From Geobacter sulfurreducens PCA (GTDB lineage Bacteria > Desulfobacterota > Desulfuromonadia > Geobacterales > Geobacteraceae), in NCBI RefSeq assembly GCF_000007985.2, contig NC_002939.5, positions 3,390,001 to 3,422,000 on the forward strand: 32,000 bases of DNA, written 5' to 3'. Within the stretch, counting starts at the first letter, position 1. The number at the start of each line of letters is the position of its first letter. Made by a program: the position numbers and the translations under genes. Under the pieces are notes generated by a model. It made no database searches. It saw nothing but the letters and a program-made list of their open reading frames with translations, and was not told the DNA's origin. Below are positions 1 through 7,932 of the stretch, piece by piece.

Positions 1-328
1 CCTCAAGCTCACCCTTCTGCTTCTTGGCAGCAGTGATCTCTTTCAGAATCGCCTGGTACTCTTTCTGGGTTTTGATTTCCTTCTGCCGCGCCTCTGAGCG
101 GACAATATTCTCATCCTCCGCGGCCAGATTCGCTTCAAGGCTCAGTTTCTCCTCTTCGGCAGCCGCCAGCTCGGCCTTGATGCCGTCCACGGCGAGCCGT
201 GCCTCTTCCACCTGCCGGTCCAGCTCGGCGAGCTGATCGAGAAGCGCCTGCCGTTCTCCCTGGCGACCGTCGATCTTCAGATCGAGCTCCTGCAGTTCCT
301 CAAGCAGTATGAGATGTTTACGCAACAC
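1..328 (-). CDS. N-terminal part of a coiled-coil protein, probably the COG1579/DUF164 C4 zinc-ribbon protein that commonly follows nif3; the 3' end is outside the window
   Basis: Not in the ORF track because it runs off the window edge. My minus-strand translation from GTG 328 (or TTG 325) is (V)LRKHLILLEELQELDLKIDGRQGERQALLDQLAELDRQVEEARLAVDGIKAELAAAEEEKLSLEANLAAEDENIVRSEARQKEIKTQKEYQAILKEITAAKKQKGELE, open to position 1. A GAGGGAGG Shine-Dalgarno lies at 339-332. Composition is heptad-like and E/L/K/Q-rich. It sits immediately downstream of nif3, as does the H. pylori HP0958-type family (from memory). The zinc-ribbon part itself is not visible. Confidence 0.6.
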   Translation of the reverse strand, partial: MLRKHLILLEELQELDLKIDGRQGERQALLDQLAELDRQVEEARLAVDGIKAELAAAEEEKLSLEANLAAEDENIVRSEARQKEIKTQKEYQAILKEITAAKKQKGELE

Positions 329-374
329 CAACCTCCCTCTGTTCTCCGTTTGTCAGTCTCCCGGAAGAAACCGT

Positions 375-1493
375 TTATCGCCAGACGAATGGATCCCGCT
401 CACCATTGAACGCAACCACGTCAGCCTCGAACCCCTTCAGGACCAGATCAGCCGTCAGCCGCTCCGCGACTCCGGATACCATGATGGCCTCCGTGCCGAA
501 ATGCCCGGCATCCAGCAGAGCGATACCGAGAGCCTCCGCATCCCGTGCTTCATGATACTTCACATCCCCGGTAACGAATACGTCCGCTCCCTGACGGTGG
601 GCATCACGCAACAGTGACATACCGCTGCCACCGCAGAGTGCGACCTTCTTCACCCGCTTCCCCGCGTCACCCACGAGCCTGACGCCAGCAAGTCCCAGCT
701 TTGCTTTCACGGCATCGGCAAAGAGAGCCAGCGTCGTCTCCTCCGCCAGATAGCCGATCCTGCCGAGGCCTTGTGCAGCCCCGCGATTGAGAAGCGGGTA
801 GAGATCAAAGGCGGGCTCCTCGTAGGGATGAGCTTTCAGGAGAGCTGAGACCGCGGACGAAACCGCATCCTTGCGCACCAGAACCTCGATACGGGTTTCC
901 GCCACCTGCTCCCTGACCCCGACTGTCCCCAGGAAGGGACGTGCCCCTTCAAGGGGACGAAACGTGCCGGTACCGCCGCTTCTGAACGAACAGTCCCGGT
1001 AGGTGCCCACAGTGCCGCTGAAGCGAAACAAGGCCTCGGACACCTGCTCTTCATGGCCTAGGGGAACAAAGACCGCAAGCTTGACCAGCTCTTCGGTCGC
1101 CGTCACCGACAGGGGGTGAGCAGAGCACATGTCGAGCCGTTGCGCCAGAAGGTCATTCATGCCGCCATCGGCGATATCGTAGTTGGTGTGGAGCGAAATA
1201 ACGGCTAACCCGCCTGAAATGGCCCGCAGCACGGTTGCCCCGGTCGGATCGTTGGCGGTTATTCGCTTGAGGGGACGGAAAAGGAACGGGTGGTGGGTGA
1301 GCAGGAGCTGGCAGTCTGCGGCGATGGCGGCATCCACGGTTTCCCGGGTGCCGTCCAGGGCGACCATGATCCGTGAAACGGCACAGGTCGGGTCCCCAAC
1401 CAGCAACCCCACGTTGTCCCACTCTTCGGCAAGAACTGGTGGAGCAAATTTATTAATAATTCCGAGTATGTCAGAGACTTTTGGCGTCATCAT
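375..1493 (-). CDS. Nif3-like dinuclear metal-centre protein (YqfO/YbgI family, also called GTP cyclohydrolase 1 type 2)
   Basis: ORF 375..1502. The N-terminus MMTPKVSDILGIINKFAPPVLAEEWDNVGLLVGD and the C-terminal FVTGDVKYHEARDAEALGIALLDAGHFGTE are typical NIF3 motifs. Length of about 372 aa indicates the form with an inserted PII-like domain. I place the start at ATG 1493; the track start at 1502 is a TTG. Confidence 0.9.
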   Translation of the reverse strand: MMTPKVSDILGIINKFAPPVLAEEWDNVGLLVGDPTCAVSRIMVALDGTRETVDAAIAADCQLLLTHHPFLFRPLKRITANDPTGATVLRAISGGLAVISLHTNYDIADGGMNDLLAQRLDMCSAHPLSVTATEELVKLAVFVPLGHEEQVSEALFRFSGTVGTYRDCSFRSGGTGTFRPLEGARPFLGTVGVREQVAETRIEVLVRKDAVSSAVSALLKAHPYEEPAFDLYPLLNRGAAQGLGRIGYLAEETTLALFADAVKAKLGLAGVRLVGDAGKRVKKVALCGGSGMSLLRDAHRQGADVFVTGDVKYHEARDAEALGIALLDAGHFGTEAIMVSGVAERLTADLVLKGFEADVVAFNGERDPFVWR

Positions 1494-1500
1494 CAAAGGC

Positions 1501-1540
1501 AAAAGAAAAAGAGTGCCACCGTTCGGCGTGCACTCTTTTT
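1501..1540 (-). terminator. Intrinsic terminator downstream of tRNA(CAU); symmetric A/T tracts give it bidirectional potential
   Basis: Minus strand reads AAAAAGAGTGCAC-GCCGAACG-GTGGCACTCTTTTTCTTTT. This is an 8-bp stem with one bulged G, an 8-nt loop, and a 10-nt T-rich tract at 1510-1501. Confidence 0.65.
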
Positions 1541-1612
1541 CGTCTGATCAGTTCCTGCGATCGTAATCGGAGCTCTCGGGGCATCCCCGCATCTTCCTAC
1601 CTGGTTGTCGGG

Positions 1613-1689
1613 TGGTGGGCCCACCAGGACTCGAACCTGGGACCGACCGGTTATGAGCCGGTTGCTCTAGCCAACTGAGCTATAGGCCC
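1613..1689 (-). tRNA. tRNA with anticodon CAU (elongator Met or lysidine-modified Ile2; not initiator)
   Basis: Reverse complement is GGGCCTATAGCTCAGTTGGCTAGAGCAACCGGCTCATAACCGGTCGGTCCCAGGTTCGAGTCCTGGTGGGCCCACCA. It forms a 7-bp acceptor stem (G1-C72), a D arm GCTC/GAGC, an anticodon stem ACCGG/CCGGT with loop CTCATAA, and a T arm CCAGG-TTCGAGT-CCTGG. The CCA end is encoded. It lacks the C1:A72 mismatch and the three G-C pairs in the anticodon stem that mark initiator tRNA. Confidence 0.9.
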
Positions 1690-1704
1690 GAAAAGCGAAC
1701 TTTA

Positions 1705-1733
1705 ACTTTACGGCAAACCACGCAAGGCGTCAA
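1705..1733 (-). promoter_or_regulatory. Sigma70-type promoter candidate for the tRNA gene
   Basis: Minus strand has TTGACG (1733-1728), a 17-nt spacer and TAAAGT (1710-1705). The -10 element ends about 15 nt upstream of the mature tRNA 5' end. Confidence 0.45.
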
Positions 1734-1771
1734 GGGAATTGTGAAATGCCACCCTCGGACCAATGCACCCG

Positions 1772-2947
1772 TCAGTAGAGATCAAACCTCAGGAAACGGC
1801 ACTCAAGGGGGCCGTTGAAGAGGACGATCCGCCGGGATGCCCTGAGCCCCACCGCCTTGGCCAACTCGGGCCCACCGGTGAGCAGCCAGGCGGTATAGCC
1901 GGCGCAGCGCTGCTTCAGAACGTCACCGATCTGGCGGTAGAGGACCCGAAGCCCTTCTTCATCGCCGAGCCTCCTGCCATAAGGAGGGTTGAAGAGAATA
2001 ATGCCAGGAGCGGGAGGTGGTGTCAGGCCACGCACATCGCCAGACGTAAAGGAAATGTGCTGCTCGACACCGGCCCGCCGGGCATTGGCTGCGGCGACAG
2101 AGAGAAGGTCAGCCTGCTGATCGCTCCCCAGGAGGGGGGACTCAAGTGAAGTGCGCTCCCCCTGGCGTGCTTCGGTTACAAGACGGAGCCAGAGTGAAGA
2201 GTCGAAGCTGGGCCAGTGCTGGAATCCGAAACGCTCCCGAATGAGACCGGGCGCCCGATTGAGCGCCTTGAGCGCCGCCTCCACGAGGATGGTACCCGAG
2301 CCGCACATGGGGTCTAGGAGAGGAACGGTGCCGTCCCACCCCGTCATCTCCACGAGGGCGGCGGCAAGAGTTTCCCGCAACGGGGCCTCACCCGCCTCGG
2401 TACGGTAGCCGCGCCGGTCGAGGCTGGCGCCGGAACTGTCAAGGCTCACGGTGCAGACGTTACGGACCAGATGAACATGGACCCCGAGATCCGGCTGCTT
2501 GGGATTCACGCTGGGTCGCCTGCCGTGGCGGTCACGGATGGTGTCGACTATAGCGTCCTTGGTCTTGAGAGCCACGAACCCTGAATGGGTCAGAACCGAA
2601 TCGCGAAGATTGCACTCAACTGCCAGGGTCATGTCGGGGGTGAGCCAGTCGTTCCACTGGATGGAGCGGACACCGTCATATAGCCGCTGGGGTGAATCGC
2701 AGGGGAATTGGGCAAGCGGCACGAGGATGCGGCTCGCGGTCCGCAGCCAGAGGTTGGCCCGGTAGCAGGCGGCAAGATCGCCCGCGAAACGCACTCCTCC
2801 GCGCTCTATGGCCACCCCGCGAAAACCGAGGCCGCGCATCTCGGCGGCCAGGACATCCTCAACCCCCTTGGCTGTGGTGGCGAAGAAGGCATGCTCGCCC
2901 GAAAGGGGAGTGACTGCGGTACGTTTGCGCACAATAACCGACGACAT
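1772..2947 (-). CDS. THUMP-domain class I SAM-dependent RNA methyltransferase (COG0116, similar to the N-terminal half of RlmL)
   Basis: 391-aa ORF. N-terminal THUMP-like region (FFATTAKGVEDVLAAEMRGLGF...GVRF), SAM-binding motif LLDPMCGSGTILVEAA, and catalytic NPPYG motif (ILFNPPYGRRLG). Confidence 0.85.
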   Translation of the reverse strand: MSSVIVRKRTAVTPLSGEHAFFATTAKGVEDVLAAEMRGLGFRGVAIERGGVRFAGDLAACYRANLWLRTASRILVPLAQFPCDSPQRLYDGVRSIQWNDWLTPDMTLAVECNLRDSVLTHSGFVALKTKDAIVDTIRDRHGRRPSVNPKQPDLGVHVHLVRNVCTVSLDSSGASLDRRGYRTEAGEAPLRETLAAALVEMTGWDGTVPLLDPMCGSGTILVEAALKALNRAPGLIRERFGFQHWPSFDSSLWLRLVTEARQGERTSLESPLLGSDQQADLLSVAAANARRAGVEQHISFTSGDVRGLTPPPAPGIILFNPPYGRRLGDEEGLRVLYRQIGDVLKQRCAGYTAWLLTGGPELAKAVGLRASRRIVLFNGPLECRFLRFDLY

Positions 2948-2950
2948 GAA

Positions 2951-3778
2951 TTACTCCAGACAGGATTTGATGCCGGCAAGCCCTTCAAGGGCGCCGCATG
3001 CGAGAGAAATATGGGGGGCGCCGATCTGAGCCTCCCGGGGATTGATCCGGATTGCCACGGCCTGGTGAAGGGAGCCGACTTCTTCCGTCAGGTAGCGAAT
3101 TGTGGGAATTGCCGTTCCTGCCCCCAGCTCCACCACCACCGCGCGCCGGCCTCTGACTTCAGTCAGAAACTCGTCGAAGTTCCGCTGCTGCCGGGCGGTT
3201 CGTCCGCTGATCCAGCCATAGTCCCCGAACATGAGGATATTGGGTCGCGCCACGTCGCCGCAGTGGATGCAGCGGGGAATGTGTCCCGCCCGCATGGTCG
3301 ACTCGTCAACGGGAATGGTTTCCCGGTTCTCCCAAACAGCCATTGTGCATGGTTTGGTGCACTGGAGATGGTGAATGGAACCGTGCACTTCCAGAATACG
3401 GTCTTCGGCGAACCCGGCCTTCTGGAACTGGCCGTCCACGTTGGAGGTCACCACGAAATGGTCGAGGCCGTAGCGTTCGATCCATGCCCTGATGATTCCG
3501 AACCCGGCGTGAGGGACTGTGGCACGGTAGAGGTTGGTCCGATGGCCGTAGAATCCCCAGCCAAAGGCGGGATCTTTCTCAAAATGAGCCGGGTTGGCGG
3601 CGCCAACGAAGGTAATGCCGAGCCGTTCATAGGGCGGATACGCCTTCCAGAAACCGCTATCCCCTCGGAAGTCGGGCAGCCCCGAATCGACACCCATGCC
3701 GGCCCCTGAAGTGATGACCAGCACTTCGGCCCGCCGCAGCGCTTCGGCCGCACGCAGGAATCGCTCACGCAGTTCCAT
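2951..3778 (-). CDS. SIR2-family NAD-dependent protein deacylase or ADP-ribosyltransferase
   Basis: 275-aa ORF. Motifs present: GAGMGVDSGLPDFRG (NAD-binding loop), TSNVDGQ (the TQNID-equivalent), EVHGS (catalytic His), a Cys pair CTKPC plus CIHCG (Zn module), PNILMFGD and GAGTA. The stop lies 3 nt before the THUMP methyltransferase start. Confidence 0.85.
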   Translation of the reverse strand: MELRERFLRAAEALRRAEVLVITSGAGMGVDSGLPDFRGDSGFWKAYPPYERLGITFVGAANPAHFEKDPAFGWGFYGHRTNLYRATVPHAGFGIIRAWIERYGLDHFVVTSNVDGQFQKAGFAEDRILEVHGSIHHLQCTKPCTMAVWENRETIPVDESTMRAGHIPRCIHCGDVARPNILMFGDYGWISGRTARQQRNFDEFLTEVRGRRAVVVELGAGTAIPTIRYLTEEVGSLHQAVAIRINPREAQIGAPHISLACGALEGLAGIKSCLE

Positions 3779-3813
3779 GGATCACCTCCCGCGACACCCA
3801 GTTGATCCGAACG

Positions 3814-4296
3814 TCAGATGGCCACCCGCACGAGGATGGGATCAAGCAGGCGGCACGCCTCGCACGGGTCGAGTCCTACCAGATACCCACGCTTGCCGCC
3901 ATTGATATATATCCTCGGGAGACCGAGAATCGACTCCTCCATATAAACCGGCATGGCATGCCGCGTGCCGAAGGGAGAAGTCCCACCTACCTGGTAGCCC
4001 GAATGCCGGTTTGCCGTATCGGGGGAGCAAGGAGACACGCTTTTGACACCCATGACCCGCGCCAGTTCCTTGGTGGAGACCTGCCGGTCGCCGTGCATCA
4101 GGACGATGAGCGGCCGTTTCGCCTCGTCTTCCATAATGAGCGTTTTCACCACGCAATGCTCGTCCACGCCGAGCTCCCGGGCGGAGACGGCTGTTCCGCC
4201 TTTTTCCTCATAGGCATACACGTGGTCCGTAAACGTTACACCTGCGGCCCGTAGTTGACGTATGGCCGGAGTAACCGGCGCCTTGTCCTTGGCCAT
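3814..4296 (-). CDS. ybaK: Cys-tRNA(Pro)/Cys-tRNA(Cys) deacylase YbaK (YbaK/EbsC family)
   Basis: MAKDKAPVTPAIRQLRAAGVTFTDHVYAYEEKGG...VVKTLIMEDE...GYQVGGTSPFG are typical YbaK motifs. I place the start at ATG 4296, preceded by GGGGAGG. The track start at 4341 is an upstream extension. Confidence 0.85.
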   Translation of the reverse strand: MAKDKAPVTPAIRQLRAAGVTFTDHVYAYEEKGGTAVSARELGVDEHCVVKTLIMEDEAKRPLIVLMHGDRQVSTKELARVMGVKSVSPCSPDTANRHSGYQVGGTSPFGTRHAMPVYMEESILGLPRIYINGGKRGYLVGLDPCEACRLLDPILVRVAI

Positions 4297-4340
4297 TAAA
4301 GCCTCCCCGGTGCCGCCGGTCAGGGTCGGACGGCTCGGCA

Positions 4341-4390
4341 CAAAAACAGCGAGGCCGCGTCGGGTCTGACCGGCGCGGCCTCTGGTTTTT
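4341..4390 (-). terminator. Intrinsic terminator after rpoD; T tracts on both sides give it bidirectional potential
   Basis: GAGGCCGCG (4351-4359) pairs with CGCGGCCTC (4374-4382) across a 14-nt loop. On the minus strand it is followed by GCTGTTTTTG, and on the plus strand by TGGTTTTT. Confidence 0.6.
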
Positions 4391-4404
4391 CCGGCGCAGG
4401 CCGG

Positions 4405-6138
4405 CTATTCCACGAAGCTGCGGAGTTTCTTGGCCCGGCTCGGATGGCGGAGCTTGCGCAGGGCCTTGGCCTCGATCTGACGAATCCGCTCCCGGGTCAC
4501 CTCGAAGTCCTGCCCCACCTCCTCAAGGGTATGATCGCTCTTCTCGCCGATGCCGAAACGCATCCGCAGAACTTTTTCCTCCCGGGGGGTGAGGGTGGCA
4601 AGCACGCGGGCGGTCTGCTCCGAAAGGTTGGCCTTGATGACCGCCTCCAGAGGCGAAACCACACCCTTGTCTTCGATGAAATCCCCCAGGTGTGAATCTT
4701 CCTCTTCCCCGATGGGAGTTTCGAGTGAGATGGGCTCCTTGGCGATCTTGAGGACCTTGCGTACCTTGTCGAGGGGGAGATTCATCCGTTCGGCGATTTC
4801 CTCCGGCGACGGCTCACGACCGATTTCCTGCACCAGTTGGCGACTGGTCCGGATCAGCTTGTTGATGGTCTCGATCATATGGACCGGAATCCGGATGGTG
4901 CGGGCCTGGTCGGCGATAGCTCGGGTAATGGCCTGTCGAATCCACCAAGTGGCGTACGTCGAGAACTTGTACCCGCGCTGGTACTCAAACTTGTCCACCG
5001 CCTTCATGAGACCGATGTTCCCCTCCTGAATGAGGTCGAGAAACTGGAGCCCCCGGTTGGTGTACTTCTTGGCAATGGATACCACGAGCCGCAGGTTCGC
5101 CTCCACCAGTTCCGACTTGGCCAGCTTCGACTTGGCTTCACCCCGATCGATGGCCCTGAGGGCGTCGGAAAGCTCACGGGCCTTGAACCCGGACTCTTCC
5201 TCAACCTTCTTCAGTTTCTTCTCAGCTGAGCGCACCTTCTTCTCGTGCTTCTGAGCATCTTCCAGAGAAAGCTTGATCCCCTTTCCCACAGCTTCGCTGG
5301 CGGCAATCTCCTTGAGGGTGTCGGCGGAGACTCCCGCCTCCTTCTCAATGGCGGCAATCTCCGCCATAATGGTATCAACCTTGGCCGACAACTCCTTGAG
5401 CCGCTGGGCGATCTTGGCTATGTGCCGATCCTTGAGACGCAGGGAGGTAACCATCTCGGCAAGCTTTTCCTTCAACTCCTGCCGTTCAGCGAGCAACTCC
5501 TGCCGACGGGAGGCGGAAAGGGATTCCTCCTCCAGCTCGGCATTCAGGGCAGCAAGGCGGACATCGACGGCGGCAATTTCCTCCACCTGGGCAAGAAGAC
5601 GGGTCTTCTGCACATCCTCTTCATCCTCCTCCAGCTCCTCTTCCTCCACCTCCTTGCTGATCTCGGCGGCGCTGACCTGCCCCCTCAGGAGCTTCTCGCC
5701 AAGTGCGATGATCTCCTTCACCGTGATGGGGGTATTGAGGATGACGCCGGCGATATCCCGCTCGCCCTCCTCAATACGCTTGGCAATTTCCACCTCACCC
5801 TCGCGGGTGAGTAGCGACACCGATCCCATCTCGCGCAGATACATCCGTACCGGATCGCTTGTCCTTCCCAGAGCGCCCGGCTCGTACTCGAAGTCTTCCT
5901 GTTCCCCTTCAATCTCTTCCTCTTCCTCCAGGTCGAGTTTCATCTTGGGGATTTTTACCTTCTGGGCCGAATCGACGATGTCAATATCCATCTCACCGAA
6001 CATGCTCATTACGTCGTCGATCTGCTCGGATGAAATATCGGGAGGAAGAAGGTCGTTTACCTCATCATAGGTGAGGAATCCCTTTTCCTTTCCCAGGTCG
6101 ATGAGTTGCTTGACTTCGTCCGTGCTTTTCTTGGCCAT
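4405..6138 (-). CDS. rpoD: RNA polymerase primary sigma factor RpoD (sigma70)
   Basis: Region 1.1 and an acidic linker are present. Region 2 reads [59 protein letters not shown]. Region 4 reads [32 protein letters not shown]. Start is at ATG 6138 (MAKKST) with a GAGGTG Shine-Dalgarno. Confidence 0.97.
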   Translation of the reverse strand: MAKKSTDEVKQLIDLGKEKGFLTYDEVNDLLPPDISSEQIDDVMSMFGEMDIDIVDSAQKVKIPKMKLDLEEEEEIEGEQEDFEYEPGALGRTSDPVRMYLREMGSVSLLTREGEVEIAKRIEEGERDIAGVILNTPITVKEIIALGEKLLRGQVSAAEISKEVEEEELEEDEEDVQKTRLLAQVEEIAAVDVRLAALNAELEEESLSASRRQELLAERQELKEKLAEMVTSLRLKDRHIAKIAQRLKELSAKVDTIMAEIAAIEKEAGVSADTLKEIAASEAVGKGIKLSLEDAQKHEKKVRSAEKKLKKVEEESGFKARELSDALRAIDRGEAKSKLAKSELVEANLRLVVSIAKKYTNRGLQFLDLIQEGNIGLMKAVDKFEYQRGYKFSTYATWWIRQAITRAIADQARTIRIPVHMIETINKLIRTSRQLVQEIGREPSPEEIAERMNLPLDKVRKVLKIAKEPISLETPIGEEEDSHLGDFIEDKGVVSPLEAVIKANLSEQTARVLATLTPREEKVLRMRFGIGEKSDHTLEEVGQDFEVTRERIRQIEAKALRKLRHPSRAKKLRSFVE

Positions 6139-6168
6139 CAAGTTCACCTCATTGCACACATGGTCTCT

Positions 6169-7932
6169 TTAAGATAACTGCGATTTCCTGTTTCGCAAGG
6201 CCTCTATTTCGGCAAGCAGCTCCCGGTACCGGGGGGTATCCGAATCAGCCGCAGCCAGCTCTCTGGCCAAGTCCTTGAGCCGCTTGAGGGAACCACGCTC
6301 CAGGGCTTGGCGACACTGGTCAAAGGCCTTATGGACATCAACGTCCGCGAGATGATCGTCGTTGACGAGGAACGCCGCAATGCGTCCCTTTTCCTCGGGG
6401 GATGCAACCAGTTCGAGAAGCTCCCCCCAGTCAATCTCCACCCGCCGGCTGTGCCGCTCAAGTATGGCATCGGCAACGGGAGCAAGCTCGGGACGGAATA
6501 GCCCCGCCGCCTCACCGCGGCGGACTCGATCTGCCACTTCAGCGGATCGCGCCATGAGAGCAAGCAGCATCTCTTCGGGACCGGCGCCACGTGGCCGGCG
6601 CTCCGCAGTCGGGCGGGGAAGGGGGTCAGGGCGTGATCCGGCTGCTCCGCCCGACGCACGCAGCAGGGAACGGACATCAATACCCAGAACCCGTGCGATC
6701 TCCTTCACGTAGAGTTCCCGCTCGATGGGATTGGCGAGCTTTGCCAAGCGGGGCGCCAACTCGTTCGCCACCTTCAGCTTTCCCTCTACCGTACCCGCAT
6801 CCACCTGTCCGAGCAGGTCGCGGAAGAGAAAATCAAATGCCGGCCGGGCCTTGGCGAGCCGTGTCCGGAAGATGTCCGCCCCCTCTTTCTTGACGAAACT
6901 GTCCGGGTCTTCTCCCTGGGTCAACTCCACCACGTGGGCCGGGAAGTTTTCCGCAAGAAAGAGGTCGATCGCCCGCACGGTCGCCTTCCGTCCGGCACTA
7001 TCCGCATCGAACAGGGTGTAGGCTTTCCCGGCGTAGCGCCGCAAAAGCTTCACATGGCCTTCGGTCAAGGCCGTGCCGCAAGTGGCGACCACGTTCCGGA
7101 CCCCTGCCTGATAGAGGGCAAGATGATCGAAATAACCCTCTACGATAATGGCGCTGCCCTGCTCCCGCAGAGCGCCCTTTGCCAGGTGGACGCCGAAGAG
7201 CACGTCGCTCTTGTGATAGATGGGCGACTCGGGAGAGTTGATGTATTTGGGCAGCGAGTCATCCAGGACTCTGCCGCCAAACCCGATCGTGCGTCCGTGG
7301 ATATCGGTGATGGCAAACAAGAGACGGTTGCGGAAGATATCGAAGTAGCCGCCCCCCTCGCGCCGACGCACGAGTCCCAGCCGTTCCGCCAGATCCATGG
7401 AGACCTTGCGGTGTTGCAGGTGCCGCGAGAGATAATCCCACCGGTCCGGCGCGAACCCGAGACGGTACGCCTCGGACGTCTCCCGGTCCACACCGCGCGT
7501 TTCAAGGTAGCGCCGGGCCGCGCCGGCCTCTTCGTTTCGCTCCAGGGCCTCGCGATAGAGCCTGGCAGCCAGGTCCATGATCCCATAGAGCTCTTCGCGT
7601 TCGTCCTGCCGCCGTTTCTCTGCGGCGGTAACGGGACGGTCCTCGATTTCGACACCGACCCGCTTGCCCAGGAACTTGACCGCTTCGGGAAACGACAGTC
7701 CCTCCATCTTCATGACAAAGGTGATGGCATTTCCGCCAACGCCGCAACCGAAACAGTGAAAGATCCCCCGGGCCGGATTCACGTTGAAGGAGGGGGTCTT
7801 CTCGCCGTGGAACGGACAGAGTCCCTGGTAATTGGCGCCCGATTTCCGGAGGCTCACATAATCCGAGACCACCTCCAGAATCGGAGCTCGCTCGCGTATC
7901 TCCCTAATCTTATCGTCGGGGATGTTTGACAT
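6169..7932 (-). CDS. dnaG: DNA primase DnaG
   Basis: Zinc finger CPFHGEKTPSFNVNPARGIFHCFGCG, a TOPRIM region (IIVEGYFDHLALYQAG...DADSAGRKA) and a C-terminal helicase-interaction domain. I place the start at ATG 7932 (MSNIPDDKIREI). The longer track ORF to 8043 runs into cvpA. Confidence 0.95.
   Translation of the reverse strand: MSNIPDDKIREIRERAPILEVVSDYVSLRKSGANYQGLCPFHGEKTPSFNVNPARGIFHCFGCGVGGNAITFVMKMEGLSFPEAVKFLGKRVGVEIEDRPVTAAEKRRQDEREELYGIMDLAARLYREALERNEEAGAARRYLETRGVDRETSEAYRLGFAPDRWDYLSRHLQHRKVSMDLAERLGLVRRREGGGYFDIFRNRLLFAITDIHGRTIGFGGRVLDDSLPKYINSPESPIYHKSDVLFGVHLAKGALREQGSAIIVEGYFDHLALYQAGVRNVVATCGTALTEGHVKLLRRYAGKAYTLFDADSAGRKATVRAIDLFLAENFPAHVVELTQGEDPDSFVKKEGADIFRTRLAKARPAFDFLFRDLLGQVDAGTVEGKLKVANELAPRLAKLANPIERELYVKEIARVLGIDVRSLLRASGGAAGSRPDPLPRPTAERRPRGAGPEEMLLALMARSAEVADRVRRGEAAGLFRPELAPVADAILERHSRRVEIDWGELLELVASPEEKGRIAAFLVNDDHLADVDVHKAFDQCRQALERGSLKRLKDLARELAAADSDTPRYRELLAEIEALRNRKSQLS

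Noticed and set aside
24-617. Plus-strand ORFs 24-236 and 309-617
   Set aside because: These are Ser/Ala/Arg-rich nonsense translations antisense to the coiled-coil gene and to nif3. The minus-strand readings give coherent conserved proteins with Shine-Dalgarno sequences.
2951-3778. The SIR2 gene as a stand-alone anti-phage defence effector
   Set aside because: There is no associated sensor, ATPase, TIR or Macro partner. The canonical Zn-binding cysteines and deacylase motifs are retained. The flanks are housekeeping genes, and there are no mobile-element or island signatures. It is kept only as a moderate-interest finding because of its unusual operon partners.
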